Notes under the pieces: model-generated | Database searches by the model: none | What the model saw: the letters and a program-made list of their open reading frames with translations, nothing else | What the model was told of the DNA's origin: nothing | Made by a program: the position numbers and the translations under genes | Origin: a virus | Length of the DNA: 64,000 nucleotides | Reading direction: 5' to 3' (one strand) | IMG/VR virus record: IMGVR_UViG_3300022602_003048 | Location: 1 to 64,000 of that record | Shown: positions 20,238 to 29,477 of the stretch, in pieces | How the letters are laid out: every line of letters starts with the position of its first letter | How positions within the stretch are numbered: position 1 is the first letter of the stretch

Positions 20238-20828
20238 ATGGATTATAAGAGAATAATAGCAGCATCACTAAATCTCGATATTGATTATGCACAGATGTCT
20301 AAAGAATTAGTTAGATCTATGTCTAGTAATGCGTGTGTTCCTTTTTCCTATGACGGATATACGGCATATTCTTTATTCCTAAGAGAAAGTACAGAACCAA
20401 CTACTTATAGTTATAGGGGTGCCAAATCTGCCGATATAGCATCGTGGTCTTGGAATGAGTTATTAGATATTCCCTACACAATAAAGGCTATTGAAGAATT
20501 ACCATTTAATAAATTAGGTACAGTGAGGGTAGTTTATTTTCCAAATATTCCCTGTAAGATACACACTGATTGGGATGATCCAACTGATTATGAACATACA
20601 CTTGGATTGAGTTTAATACCACAAACAGCTGATACAGTCTGTAGAGTATATATTGATAAAGAAGATCGATGGGTAGAAATACCAGGTAATGCTATGTTAC
20701 TCAACGATTCTGTACCACATGCAGTTCCTGAAGCAAAAGGAATTAGAATTACGATGAGATTATTTGGCGAAATCGATTACGATTGGTTTAAAGATAAAAT
20801 ATCTCTCAAAGATTCTTATTTTTTTTAA
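20238..20828 (+). CDS. Fe(II)/2OG oxygenase (AspH-like)
   Basis: GTVRV, IHTD, PHAV, RITMR; ATAAATA-N8-ATG start. Confidence 0.78.
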   Translation: MDYKRIIAASLNLDIDYAQMSKELVRSMSSNACVPFSYDGYTAYSLFLRESTEPTTYSYRGAKSADIASWSWNELLDIPYTIKAIEELPFNKLGTVRVVYFPNIPCKIHTDWDDPTDYEHTLGLSLIPQTADTVCRVYIDKEDRWVEIPGNAMLLNDSVPHAVPEAKGIRITMRLFGEIDYDWFKDKISLKDSYFF

Positions 20829-22294
20829 TTTTGTCGGCAAAGTATCCTGATAGCTTCAGGATCAAATTTAATTCCGGCAAAGAAATTAGATCTCGGCGAT
20901 ATTATTTTTTTTGATATATTATATACATCGCTTGCTAACATTTTTTGTATATTATGATTGATATAATCTAAATCTTTGTTTTCATTTAACCTTATATAGA
21001 TACTATCTTGTTCACTGTCTATTATAATATCAAAATCTATATCTTTTTTTAAATTTATTGTCTTTTCTATAACTTCATTTAATAAATCTATATAGATAGT
21101 CTTATTTTTTATTCTATAGACATTATCTCTTCCTAAGAAATAATAATTTCCATCTATTATTTTAAACTTGTCTCCGGTCTTTATTCTAGACCCATCCGGC
21201 ATTTCGATAATGATATAATTTTCATTATCTATGTGTACTTTATAAAAGTTATCTAAAGTTTTTCCCATAAATGAAGGATTATAACTCTTATAATTATCTT
21301 TAGTTATTTCTGGTAAAAAAACAAATCCTTTTATCTCATTTGCTCCAAAGATCGATACTATTTTATAACCAAAATTCCCCACTAGATTGTTTATTTCTTC
21401 TTGTTTAATTTTTGATAAAGCATAGATAATTAAATCGTCGTGTTGCTTATCTTCGATCTTTAAAAAATTGTTCAAAATTTCTAATTGATCAGAAAACATC
21501 AAACATCTGTTTATTTTTTCTTTTTGGAATAATTCTATCCATTTACAGATCATGGGACCTTCTGCATCCATGAATTTACTTGAGTCATATTGCATGAATT
21601 TAAAAGGAGCATGATAATGATGCGCACAATATTTCATGACAGGTAAGAAATATATTGTACATACGCTTCCATGATGTAATCCTTTAGAATGGAAGCATCT
21701 ATCTTCAGATTTTAATTGATAAACTTTTTTTTCTCTTTCTATTGTATCATAAAACCAACTGTGTGTGTTTTCTATTATTTTAGGAGTACCCGTTGTTCCT
21801 GAACTTGTTGCTAATAATATAATATCATCTTCCTTAGCCCATGTAGGCGTAGGATTTCCAGAATAATTGTATTCATATGCATCTTTTATATTTAAGATTT
21901 TGTCTGGATAAAACTTCTCAAATAACGGAACGCTACCATCTTGTATAATATAATCAATCTCTCCATAGATAGATAGCTTTTTAATAGTTATATCTGATTG
22001 AGGATAATCGGAAACAACAAATGTTAGGCCTAATTCAGCACATGCATAAAACCATGTTATATAATCTGGCCAGAACCAAATACAAAATATTACTTTTTGA
22101 CCGGGCCTGCATTTTTTTACATTAATTAGATATTCTTTAGCATGATCGATTGATTTTATGATATCATCATAGTGTGTTACTGTTTTCTTGATATTTCCTA
22201 TATTATCGTCTATGACAGATAATTTTTTATCCGTCATAGACAATGCTGTCACTATTAGATCTTTATGTAAACAATTCCGATCGATTATTTTCAT
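20825..22294 (-). CDS. AMP-binding (ANL superfamily) adenylate-forming enzyme
   Basis: TSSGTTGTPK P-loop, FGANE, TGD, GR; ATAAATA-N4-ATG. Confidence 0.85.
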   Translation of the reverse strand: MKIIDRNCLHKDLIVTALSMTDKKLSVIDDNIGNIKKTVTHYDDIIKSIDHAKEYLINVKKCRPGQKVIFCIWFWPDYITWFYACAELGLTFVVSDYPQSDITIKKLSIYGEIDYIIQDGSVPLFEKFYPDKILNIKDAYEYNYSGNPTPTWAKEDDIILLATSSGTTGTPKIIENTHSWFYDTIEREKKVYQLKSEDRCFHSKGLHHGSVCTIYFLPVMKYCAHHYHAPFKFMQYDSSKFMDAEGPMICKWIELFQKEKINRCLMFSDQLEILNNFLKIEDKQHDDLIIYALSKIKQEEINNLVGNFGYKIVSIFGANEIKGFVFLPEITKDNYKSYNPSFMGKTLDNFYKVHIDNENYIIIEMPDGSRIKTGDKFKIIDGNYYFLGRDNVYRIKNKTIYIDLLNEVIEKTINLKKDIDFDIIIDSEQDSIYIRLNENKDLDYINHNIQKMLASDVYNISKKIISPRSNFFAGIKFDPEAIRILCRQN

Positions 22295-22326
22295 TCGGTA
22301 TTTATTGACTATATTATGTTTGGCTT

Positions 22327-23094
22327 TTAATTATCTAACTGTTTCCAAGCACTGCCATTGTACCCATAAAAATGAGTGTTTGAACTATCAAATATAATCA
22401 TTCCAGCAGATGGAGATGCCGGATATCCTGCAGAACCAGCATATGATCCCGTTTGCATCACAGGAGCAGAAAACACTCCGTTATAATTAAAAATAAACGT
22501 ATTATATCCGCCTGCGTTATTTCCTGTAAAGACTCTTAGTTGAGAACCTGGTGCACTATTAGTTAGGGTTGAAGTATCTGACCAACCACCGACAATGGAT
22601 GCAACATTGGTATATTGACTGCCAGTGTATCCTCTAAACGCGATACCAGATATAATATCTCCTTGATTGGTAGTAGTTGGTGCTGATATAGTCCCCCTTG
22701 ATGCTGCTACTGTTATGTAAGGCACACCAGAAGGAGAACCAGAAGTAATACCTGTAAATGTTGAAATAGTAAGTCCGGGAGACTGTACATTGAGTGAAGA
22801 ATGCCCGTCAGTAATGCTAATTGTGTTGTTGCTTAAAGATAAATTAGTAGTTAAAACAGCTCCAGTGGCCCCATTTATACTTAAAGAACTTCCATTAGTG
22901 ATTGAGAAAGTAGATGTGTTCAGGTTTGAGCTAAGCGTACCACCTGCAAAAGTTCCTGTTATTTGATTACCACCTAGCGTAGTGCCATCTCCTACGAATA
23001 CGTTTTTGGTATCGGTGGTATATATTATCTCACCCTGGGCTGGTGTAATCGTCAATCTCTGACTATCAGTACCGCGTCTTACTAAAAATGGCAT
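22327..23094 (-). CDS. Virion fibre/appendage protein with Mtd-N-like N-terminus
   Basis: RRGT...GEIIYTTDT..VFVGDG.T.GG; S/T/G-rich beta repeats; C-terminal GMIIFD....FYGYNG..W. Confidence 0.75.
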   Translation of the reverse strand: MPFLVRRGTDSQRLTITPAQGEIIYTTDTKNVFVGDGTTLGGNQITGTFAGGTLSSNLNTSTFSITNGSSLSINGATGAVLTTNLSLSNNTISITDGHSSLNVQSPGLTISTFTGITSGSPSGVPYITVAASRGTISAPTTTNQGDIISGIAFRGYTGSQYTNVASIVGGWSDTSTLTNSAPGSQLRVFTGNNAGGYNTFIFNYNGVFSAPVMQTGSYAGSAGYPASPSAGMIIFDSSNTHFYGYNGSAWKQLDN

Positions 23095-23101
23095 TTTTAA
23101 C

Positions 23102-23130
23102 TCCTGGATATATCTTTTATTTATCCAGGA
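23102..23130 (-). promoter_or_regulatory. 9-bp hairpin containing a late promoter and sequestering the SD
   Basis: TCCTGGATA-aataaaagata-TATCCAGGA(G); ATAAATA spans the 5' arm and loop, AGGAG in the 3' arm. Confidence 0.75.
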
Positions 23131-23133
23131 TTG

Positions 23134-24009
23134 TTATATGCCTAGCCACTTCTGTTTGAAGTCATCTAGTTCGCGCTTGCTTAGATCAAATTTCGTAGCG
23201 ATACCTGCTTCGTTACGGAAATCTTCAAGGAGATTTTCCCATTTTTCTTTATCGATGAGACGCTTGAGTAGCGGTATCTCTAGAGCACTGACCTTGGCAG
23301 CATTGACTGAGTAGTCCTCGAAAGCTTCACAGGCTAGAGGAAAAAATGGTTTAGCAAGCAGGTACATAGCACGGGCAAACTCCTGTATCTCCCACTGTGC
23401 ATGGCTATCCATGCGCAGACGTGCCATATGCAGGAAATTCTTTAGGTTAGCTTTCCAATAGCACTCTGTATAACCACCTACCGGGAGGATCGATCTAGCA
23501 GTTTCTCTAGCCAACCCAATACCGTCGATATGTTGTTGGTAGATACTGTAAGCACTATCCCAGAGCTCGATCTGATCCGCGATAATGTGTGCTCTCTGTT
23601 CGTCTGTGAGGTCACCTTCTCGACCCTGTTTATTGGTTGTACTCTGTGGCTTGAGGCTGTCCGGTTCGGGTATATAGAACTCGTCCGTAACGACCGAGTA
23701 ACGTGCTGAATACTCATTTAGGCTGGCTGTCCTATGTCTAACAAGCTGGCGCATCACGAAGATCGGCAGCTTTAGGTGGAATTTAACTTCACACATCTCA
23801 AACGGAGTGGTGTGTTCGTGGCGCATCAAATAGCGTATCAGGCCGCGATCTCCCTGCACTTTCTTGGTGCCTTCTCCGTAGCTAACACGGGCAGCTCTGA
23901 CTATAGCATCATCACTGCCCATGTGATCTACTAGGCCAACAAATCCATGATCTAATACAGGGACATAGCTCTTATCTTTTTCAAAATCTATGTCGGAACG
24001 TAATGTCAT
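23134..24009 (-). CDS. thyX: Flavin-dependent thymidylate synthase
   Basis: RHRTASLNEYSARY signature, AARVSY, HTTPFE, HAQWEI. Confidence 0.97.
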   Translation of the reverse strand: MTLRSDIDFEKDKSYVPVLDHGFVGLVDHMGSDDAIVRAARVSYGEGTKKVQGDRGLIRYLMRHEHTTPFEMCEVKFHLKLPIFVMRQLVRHRTASLNEYSARYSVVTDEFYIPEPDSLKPQSTTNKQGREGDLTDEQRAHIIADQIELWDSAYSIYQQHIDGIGLARETARSILPVGGYTECYWKANLKNFLHMARLRMDSHAQWEIQEFARAMYLLAKPFFPLACEAFEDYSVNAAKVSALEIPLLKRLIDKEKWENLLEDFRNEAGIATKFDLSKRELDDFKQKWLGI

Positions 24010-24326
24010 TTTTTCCCCCTCAAAAACTTTCTTGTGCTCTTGGTGATGTCTTTCCGCAGTTTCTCAACGTCGAGGCGGAAATCAACATGCTGTATCTTAT
24101 CTCTATAGTTGCGAAACATCTCGCTCATGGTTTCGGAAAACCAATCGGTTTCGTTTTCGCGATCTTCTTTCCTAAGAACAATCTCCCAAGAATCACCATC
24201 ATTAAAAGTCACAACTATGCTGTGTAGGTAGTTTACAGGAATAGCTGAAAGATCTATATCTTCAAGGATTTCTGGCCATTGATCTATTAGATTCTGATCA
24301 ATTGGTTTCCTTGTTTTTCGCGGCAC
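24006..24326 (-). CDS. Hypothetical phage protein
   Basis: Coupled ORF in operon. Confidence 0.7.
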   Translation of the reverse strand: MPRKTRKPIDQNLIDQWPEILEDIDLSAIPVNYLHSIVVTFNDGDSWEIVLRKEDRENETDWFSETMSEMFRNYRDKIQHVDFRLDVEKLRKDITKSTRKFLRGKK

Positions 24327-24933
24327 TAGTAACCTTCTTCTTAGGCGGATCCATTTCGTCCGCTATTTTTTTTAGTTTTGCTGCTTCTTTATAGAGTCTA
24401 TCTGCTTCGCTCCTGTAGAACTTAGCATCCTTGTTCTCTGTTATAATGTTAGTGCTATCAGTGATAGTTACTTCGGACTTTTCAGATGCTTTAGATAGAT
24501 CTTTGATCTCAACATCTGTTGTCTTGGTCTTGTGCTTTACGTGAGGCATGTCGTCTTTGATAGACAGATCATCTAGGGTCACACCTTTCTGTTCAGCTAT
24601 GATAACATTGAGCTCATCTAGGCTAACTTCTGCACCTGCTGCCGGTATCATGCTCACATCAGATGTACTGACCTTTATCAGCTTACCTGTGCGATGCAGC
24701 TGTTCCAACATGTTGGTTCCATCCTGGAAGTAACGGTTGCTTAGGTGATCGCCTAGCTCATTTGCCTGCTGTCCAAGAGGAGACTCTAGTTCGCTCATAA
24801 GTGTGTTGTGGTAAACATCACTGAGGCTAGAAGTTCCTACGACCAATGCGCTAAAAGCATCTCCGGGGAGTGTGCGATAGACTACGCACACCTTAGCCCC
24901 ATTATGCTTCATCTTTCCGATGTGTTTAAGCAT
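24298..24933 (-). CDS. Hypothetical phage protein
   Basis: 211-aa coupled ORF. Confidence 0.75.
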   Translation of the reverse strand: MLKHIGKMKHNGAKVCVVYRTLPGDAFSALVVGTSSLSDVYHNTLMSELESPLGQQANELGDHLSNRYFQDGTNMLEQLHRTGKLIKVSTSDVSMIPAAGAEVSLDELNVIIAEQKGVTLDDLSIKDDMPHVKHKTKTTDVEIKDLSKASEKSEVTITDSTNIITENKDAKFYRSEADRLYKEAAKLKKIADEMDPPKKKVTSAAKNKETN

Positions 24934-25150
24934 TGGTCTGCTGCGCCTGCTGTGCTGCTGCTAGGAACTTTTCTAGCTTGTTATAGATAGTGCCTACAGG
25001 AACCATTTCATTTGGTTTGAAAGCGCCACGTGCGCTAGCTACGTCGATGATGCTCTTGATAGCAGAAAGATCATTTACAGTGAAATCTGCTGAATCATCG
25101 GCAGGAGCCTCTGGGGCAGTATTCGTGTTTGCTGTAGTATCGTCGGTCAT
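24926..25150 (-). CDS. Hypothetical small protein
   Basis: AAGGA SD before ATG 25150. Confidence 0.7.
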   Translation of the reverse strand: MTDDTTANTNTAPEAPADDSADFTVNDLSAIKSIIDVASARGAFKPNEMVPVGTIYNKLEKFLAAAQQAQQTNA

Positions 25151-25208
25151 GTAATTTCCTTTCGTTGACATTACTATACTATATAATCAAGATCTTTAAA
25201 ACATCGAG

Positions 25209-25475
25209 TTATTTTTGGCCAACGTTGTTTAAGATAAAAAATGTGGCTTCTTTTGGATCTTCAAAAGCGATAACATAGCATTCTATGATCTGATTGTTAT
25301 TATCCAGTTTGGTTGTCTTGCCTCGAAAATAACGACCTCTCAAGTTCGTCATGATCCAATTATCGACTTCAGGAGTCACAAAGTTTGATATCTCAATTGA
25401 TTTAAAGTGTGGTGGGAGGAAATCCAATCTCCTCCCACCCAGTAGGTTTAGTGCGTTTACTTTAAACTCTCTCAT
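25209..25475 (-). CDS. Hypothetical protein
   Basis: Coupled to upstream stop (ATGA overlap). Confidence 0.7.
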   Translation of the reverse strand: MREFKVNALNLLGGRRLDFLPPHFKSIEISNFVTPEVDNWIMTNLRGRYFRGKTTKLDNNNQIIECYVIAFEDPKEATFFILNNVGQK

Positions 25476-26695
25476 CGTTCTTTAAACTCGTAATGGCTAT
25501 ATGTACCAAACGGTGGAATGATATTTTCTGGGCTATGGATGATGAATACCGTGTCGCAGTAGTCTGGATCACCCCAGCTGCTCCAAGGATAACCGTCTGT
25601 AAACATGATGAACTTTTTAGGAACAAAGTTCTCTTCTTTCATGAATTTCCAGTTAGCATCAAAGTCTGTACCACCGCCTCCTCTGAGTTCATATGTTTCG
25701 AAATCTTGGATGTTGTCTGCTGTGATATCAACTACATCGTAAACATTAGTGTCAAAGCACCAAAGTTTGATATGGAAGTCTTTAAACTGGTCCATGATCC
25801 CCTTGATCTCGCTGAGGAAATCTCTGCCCTGTTTGTTACTGATAGAACCACTCATATCAATAGCAACCGCTACATCGATAGTCTGGTCGTAGTTCATGCC
25901 AGGCAACACAGCACCGGTGTGCCAGCCTTTGCGTGAAGGACGCATCCATGTGTAATCATTTCGGATAGTACTCTGGATCTGTTGTTTTAGTAGCTCGCGC
26001 CAATCGATCTTAGGCTCAGTAAGCTCGCTGATCATGCGACGCACACCTGCTGGGATATTGCCAGCACCGGCACTCTGTGCAGCACTGATCATAGCTTCTT
26101 TCATCTCATCACGGATCTTGCGCAGTTCTTCTTTTGAATATTTCTTGCGTTTGCTCTTACCGTCACCTTCGCCGTTGTCCTTATCAGGATCGAGATGTTG
26201 ATCGAGCAGTTCGCCGAGAGCCTGCAACTGTTTGAGATCATATTTTTCAAAGATGATATCGTAGATCTCTTCGGCGCTCTTGCCTCGATATTTGTTATCC
26301 TGGAAGATTTTTATCTGCGTGATCTTGTCACCGATCTTATCATCTACGAGGATCTGGTTGATAGCATAGTCTGCTGCGATGTTCCAGATATCAGGATTGC
26401 GTGAACCACGCCGTCCCATGTGATCGAATACGTTATGGAGTACTTCGTGGCAGAACAAGAATTCTGTTTGCTTCGGGCTCAGTTTATCAACGAAGGTAGT
26501 ATCGAAATAGAAATGACGACCGTCTGTTGCAGCAGTATTGATGTACGGATCGTCTGTACAATCTACCATGCGCAAGCGTGTAGCGAGATTGCCAAAGAAA
26601 CTATGACGAAGCAATAGTCCAACTCGGGCAGTGATGAGTTTGTCCTCGATCTTTTTGCTTGCGATACGCGGCGGTGTAGCAACATCTGTAGTCAT
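25472..26695 (-). CDS. HExxH metallopeptidase-VWA domain protein (MoxR partner)
   Basis: TAATDG, HEVLH; MIDAS DMSGS, GGGGTDF, TDG. Confidence 0.9.
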   Translation of the reverse strand: MTTDVATPPRIASKKIEDKLITARVGLLLRHSFFGNLATRLRMVDCTDDPYINTAATDGRHFYFDTTFVDKLSPKQTEFLFCHEVLHNVFDHMGRRGSRNPDIWNIAADYAINQILVDDKIGDKITQIKIFQDNKYRGKSAEEIYDIIFEKYDLKQLQALGELLDQHLDPDKDNGEGDGKSKRKKYSKEELRKIRDEMKEAMISAAQSAGAGNIPAGVRRMISELTEPKIDWRELLKQQIQSTIRNDYTWMRPSRKGWHTGAVLPGMNYDQTIDVAVAIDMSGSISNKQGRDFLSEIKGIMDQFKDFHIKLWCFDTNVYDVVDITADNIQDFETYELRGGGGTDFDANWKFMKEENFVPKKFIMFTDGYPWSSWGDPDYCDTVFIIHSPENIIPPFGTYSHYEFKER

Positions 26696-26720
26696 TTCTA
26701 TCTCCTTTGTTTATACACTT

Positions 26721-26748
26721 ATAATAGCATCTATTACGATGCTGTCAA
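26721..26748 (-). promoter_or_regulatory. sigma70-type promoter
   Basis: TTGACA-N16-TATTAT. Confidence 0.6.
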
Positions 26749-26750
26749 GC

Positions 26751-27251
26751 TTACTTGCGAGAGTCTTTTGGGAAAGTGAGGACGATAACACGAGGTTCGA
26801 TGTATTGTGGCGCGATCTTATCAGATCCTGGAACTTTACACATCACCCAAGTACCTTCTGTTGAAGCTGGACTAAACAACCCATTTGGATCAGCTTGTGG
26901 AAGGATCGCATATCCGCTTTGATAACGATCGGCGATCTTCTGTGGATTGGTATACTGTGTAGCAGCACTAATACCATATCCGAGGCTGTCACAGACCTTT
27001 TCTCCGATCACTCCTTGCTGTTCTCCCGCCAAGTATGTGTAAGTAGGTTGCATCTTATCACGTAGCTCGATGATATCCTTAAGCATACGCTTCTCAGCAA
27101 AGTTAGTGATAGCTGGCATTCCAACCTGTGTAACAGACTGTAAGCTCAGTTCTTCTTGCTTCTTGCGTTCGATTTGTGTGCTAGAATCTTGAGCATCGCA
27201 ACCTGCAACAGCCAACGCTAAAGCAATAGGTAGTAAGATTCTTTTGTTCAT
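26751..27251 (-). CDS. Lipoprotein
   Basis: MNKR + hydrophobic stretch + LAVAGC lipobox. Confidence 0.8.
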   Translation of the reverse strand: MNKRILLPIALALAVAGCDAQDSSTQIERKKQEELSLQSVTQVGMPAITNFAEKRMLKDIIELRDKMQPTYTYLAGEQQGVIGEKVCDSLGYGISAATQYTNPQKIADRYQSGYAILPQADPNGLFSPASTEGTWVMCKVPGSDKIAPQYIEPRVIVLTFPKDSRK

Positions 27252-27571
27252 TGTCCATTCCTCAATTGGTCATAAAAGTTACGCAGATTGGCTGGCAGTT
27301 TTTCTTCAGGATAGACACTAAAGCGATGCAAGATGATCGCCTTCATTGCGCCCTTCTGTTCATCGTTTGCTTTCACATATTCCATCTGCAGGTTTTCTAG
27401 ATCGCGAACCATACCGTCGTTGTACTGTTCACTCTGTTTGAACACTTGGTTATCTACTGCGCGATAGCGAGGCGCAAAGAACGCATACATCTGATAGCCA
27501 CCGTAGCTGATACCAAAGATTATCAAAGCAGCAAATACGATCATTCCGATCGTTCCAAAAAATTCTTTCAT
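27248..27571 (-). CDS. Single-pass membrane protein
   Basis: N-terminal hydrophobic helix; GAGG SD. Confidence 0.75.
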   Translation of the reverse strand: MKEFFGTIGMIVFAALIIFGISYGGYQMYAFFAPRYRAVDNQVFKQSEQYNDGMVRDLENLQMEYVKANDEQKGAMKAIILHRFSVYPEEKLPANLRNFYDQLRNGQ

Positions 27572-27593
27572 GGTTTACCTCTATATGTGGAAT

Positions 27594-27621
27594 AGCTGCG
27601 GAGCACTATTACCCCGCAGCT
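27594..27621. terminator. GC-rich hairpin (terminator or processing site)
   Basis: AGCTGCGG..CCGCAGCT 8-bp stem; T-run follows on the plus strand. Confidence 0.55.
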
Positions 27622-27627
27622 GGTTTT

Positions 27628-28713
27628 TTACTGATTAGCAGCGACAACATATTTGCCGAAGCGATCGTGGAATTCATCGAAGTTCTTGAGTTTGCTGGGA
27701 TCTAACGGCAAGTCATAGTTAGTAAGTGCGACCTTAGCACCCATAACAACTAGCTCAGTTTCGAAGTTATCCATCATAAAGCGGAAGAAGTTATCTGCCT
27801 GTTCGTCCCAGTTCTTTACCTTCTTCTCTGCGCCATCCTTGAGCTCATAGCACAAGCTAACAGTGAGCGAATACATCGCACTGATCTCCTTGACCTTGAG
27901 CTCTTTTACCTTACCGCTAAGAATGTCGGAAGGGTTAGGCATGCGTCCAGCAACCTTGCGATGTGCCATGAACTTCACGCCCGTACCCTCACCGACTGCC
28001 CCCGACACAAGATCTGCGAGCGTTGCTTCGCTGATATCATCATCGAGCAACTCACTCACGAAACTCCAGGAGCGCGGAGTCGCAAATGAACGGCTCGCAG
28101 TCTTGGGGTCGAAGTCATACAAGTCTTGTTTAGCAAAGCTGATATAACCAACAACATCGCGATGCACTTTGTTTTCAACAGCCCAGTTGAACCAATCTTC
28201 GAAATCAACACGCAGTTCCATGTGTACGAAACGATTGGCTAACGGAGCAGGCATGCGATAAGTAACGCCTTTATCTGCTTCGCGGTTACCAGCGGCAACG
28301 ATGATCACATTGTCTGGGAGGTTGTAAGTACCAACCTTACGATTGAGGATCAGCTGATAAGCAGCAGCCTGCACACTTGGCGGCGCTGAGTTCATCTCGT
28401 CGAGGAAAAGGATGATGGTTTTGTAGTTGCTGGCAAGTTCCGCATTAGGAAGCTCAACAGGAGGAGCCCAGCTCATCGTGTTGTCGTTAGCATTGAAATA
28501 TGGAATGCCCTTGATGTCAGTGGGTTCCCAAAGAGAAAGCCGGACGTCGATAACGTGGCAATTCTCCATCTCGTCTCCCAGCTGATGGACTAGGTCTGAT
28601 TTACCAATACCTGGAGGTCCCCACAGGAACAATGGACGCTGCTTTTTAAATGCATGGCGCAAAGCAGCTTTGGCGCCGGAAATGCTTACAGTGCGAGTGC
28701 TCAAGTCTGACAT
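27628..28713 (-). CDS. MoxR-like AAA+ ATPase
   Basis: GPPGIGKS Walker A, LFLDE Walker B, AAGNR, LANRF, TPRSW. Confidence 0.93.
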   Translation of the reverse strand: MSDLSTRTVSISGAKAALRHAFKKQRPLFLWGPPGIGKSDLVHQLGDEMENCHVIDVRLSLWEPTDIKGIPYFNANDNTMSWAPPVELPNAELASNYKTIILFLDEMNSAPPSVQAAAYQLILNRKVGTYNLPDNVIIVAAGNREADKGVTYRMPAPLANRFVHMELRVDFEDWFNWAVENKVHRDVVGYISFAKQDLYDFDPKTASRSFATPRSWSFVSELLDDDISEATLADLVSGAVGEGTGVKFMAHRKVAGRMPNPSDILSGKVKELKVKEISAMYSLTVSLCYELKDGAEKKVKNWDEQADNFFRFMMDNFETELVVMGAKVALTNYDLPLDPSKLKNFDEFHDRFGKYVVAANQ

Positions 28714-28746
28714 TATTTTGCTCCTTCTTGCTAATGTCTATAATAC

Positions 28747-28774
28747 ATAATAGCACCTTGTGCATATGCGTCAA
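28747..28774 (-). promoter_or_regulatory. sigma70-type promoter
   Basis: TTGACG-N16-TATTAT, same TGCTATTAT context as the promoter at 26721. Confidence 0.6.
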
Positions 28775-28790
28775 GCACTTTTAAAGTTTT

Positions 28791-29186
28791 CTAAGGATTT
28801 AATTCGCGCTGTCGAGCCAATGCTTTAGCTAATCCATATTTCCTAACATCACCGGAGAAGAGAAGCAGTTCTACTGCTTTCGCCTCTTTGAATACAGAGA
28901 TAGATTTCTTAGTATAAAAATGTGGACAGTCGATAAATTGGTCCATGAATAACACTACCTGTGTGGTAAAAACGAAATCATCCGGAAAAGGTATCTTGTA
29001 CGATTTCAGCCCTAGGGTATTAGAGAGGAAATCGAAGCCTTCTTCAGTGAGGGTCAGACCTCCTTCTTTCTTCTGTCGCGGGTTCTTCCACCATGCTATT
29101 GTTGATTTCTTTACAGTATCTTTATCTGTGGGGAGATTTGCCTGCTGCAGGAATAGTAGTGTGAGGTTTTCTTTTAGGCTTGCCAT
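28791..29186 (-). CDS. Hypothetical phage protein
   Basis: 131-aa ORF with SD. Confidence 0.7.
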   Translation of the reverse strand: MASLKENLTLLFLQQANLPTDKDTVKKSTIAWWKNPRQKKEGGLTLTEEGFDFLSNTLGLKSYKIPFPDDFVFTTQVVLFMDQFIDCPHFYTKKSISVFKEAKAVELLLFSGDVRKYGLAKALARQRELNP

Positions 29187-29467
29187 TTGATGATCTCCCC
29201 AGCAGTCAGTTTGACCACCTGGAAATCATCTGTCTTGAACAGCTTGTTTAGCTTTTTAGCTAGATTTATGGCATGACCTGGATTGCTAAAGCTGGTCTTC
29301 TTATATTTAGGACCAGGATAGTTGCTTACTAGACTACCGCTCTTTAGATTGAAAGGTTTACCTTTATGGAACACTGCCCAGATGGCTTCGGCATCAAGAA
29401 CTTGATCAACTTTAAAATTCTTCTTATTGGTATATTCCAATATGATAGTTGGTTTAGGGCGGCTCAT
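29174..29467 (-). CDS. Hypothetical basic phage protein (MSRPKP...)
   Basis: ATAAATA-N7-ATG at 29467. Confidence 0.7.
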   Translation of the reverse strand: MSRPKPTIILEYTNKKNFKVDQVLDAEAIWAVFHKGKPFNLKSGSLVSNYPGPKYKKTSFSNPGHAINLAKKLNKLFKTDDFQVVKLTAGEIIKWQA

Positions 29468-29477
29468 TACATAATAT

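Noticed and set aside
1-22294. Bacterial chromosomal BGC or chimeric assembly
   Set aside because: The island uses the same ATAAATA boxes as the phage late genes and shares a methyltransferase paralogue with the 42.5-kb region; no integrase, IS or att signature was seen.
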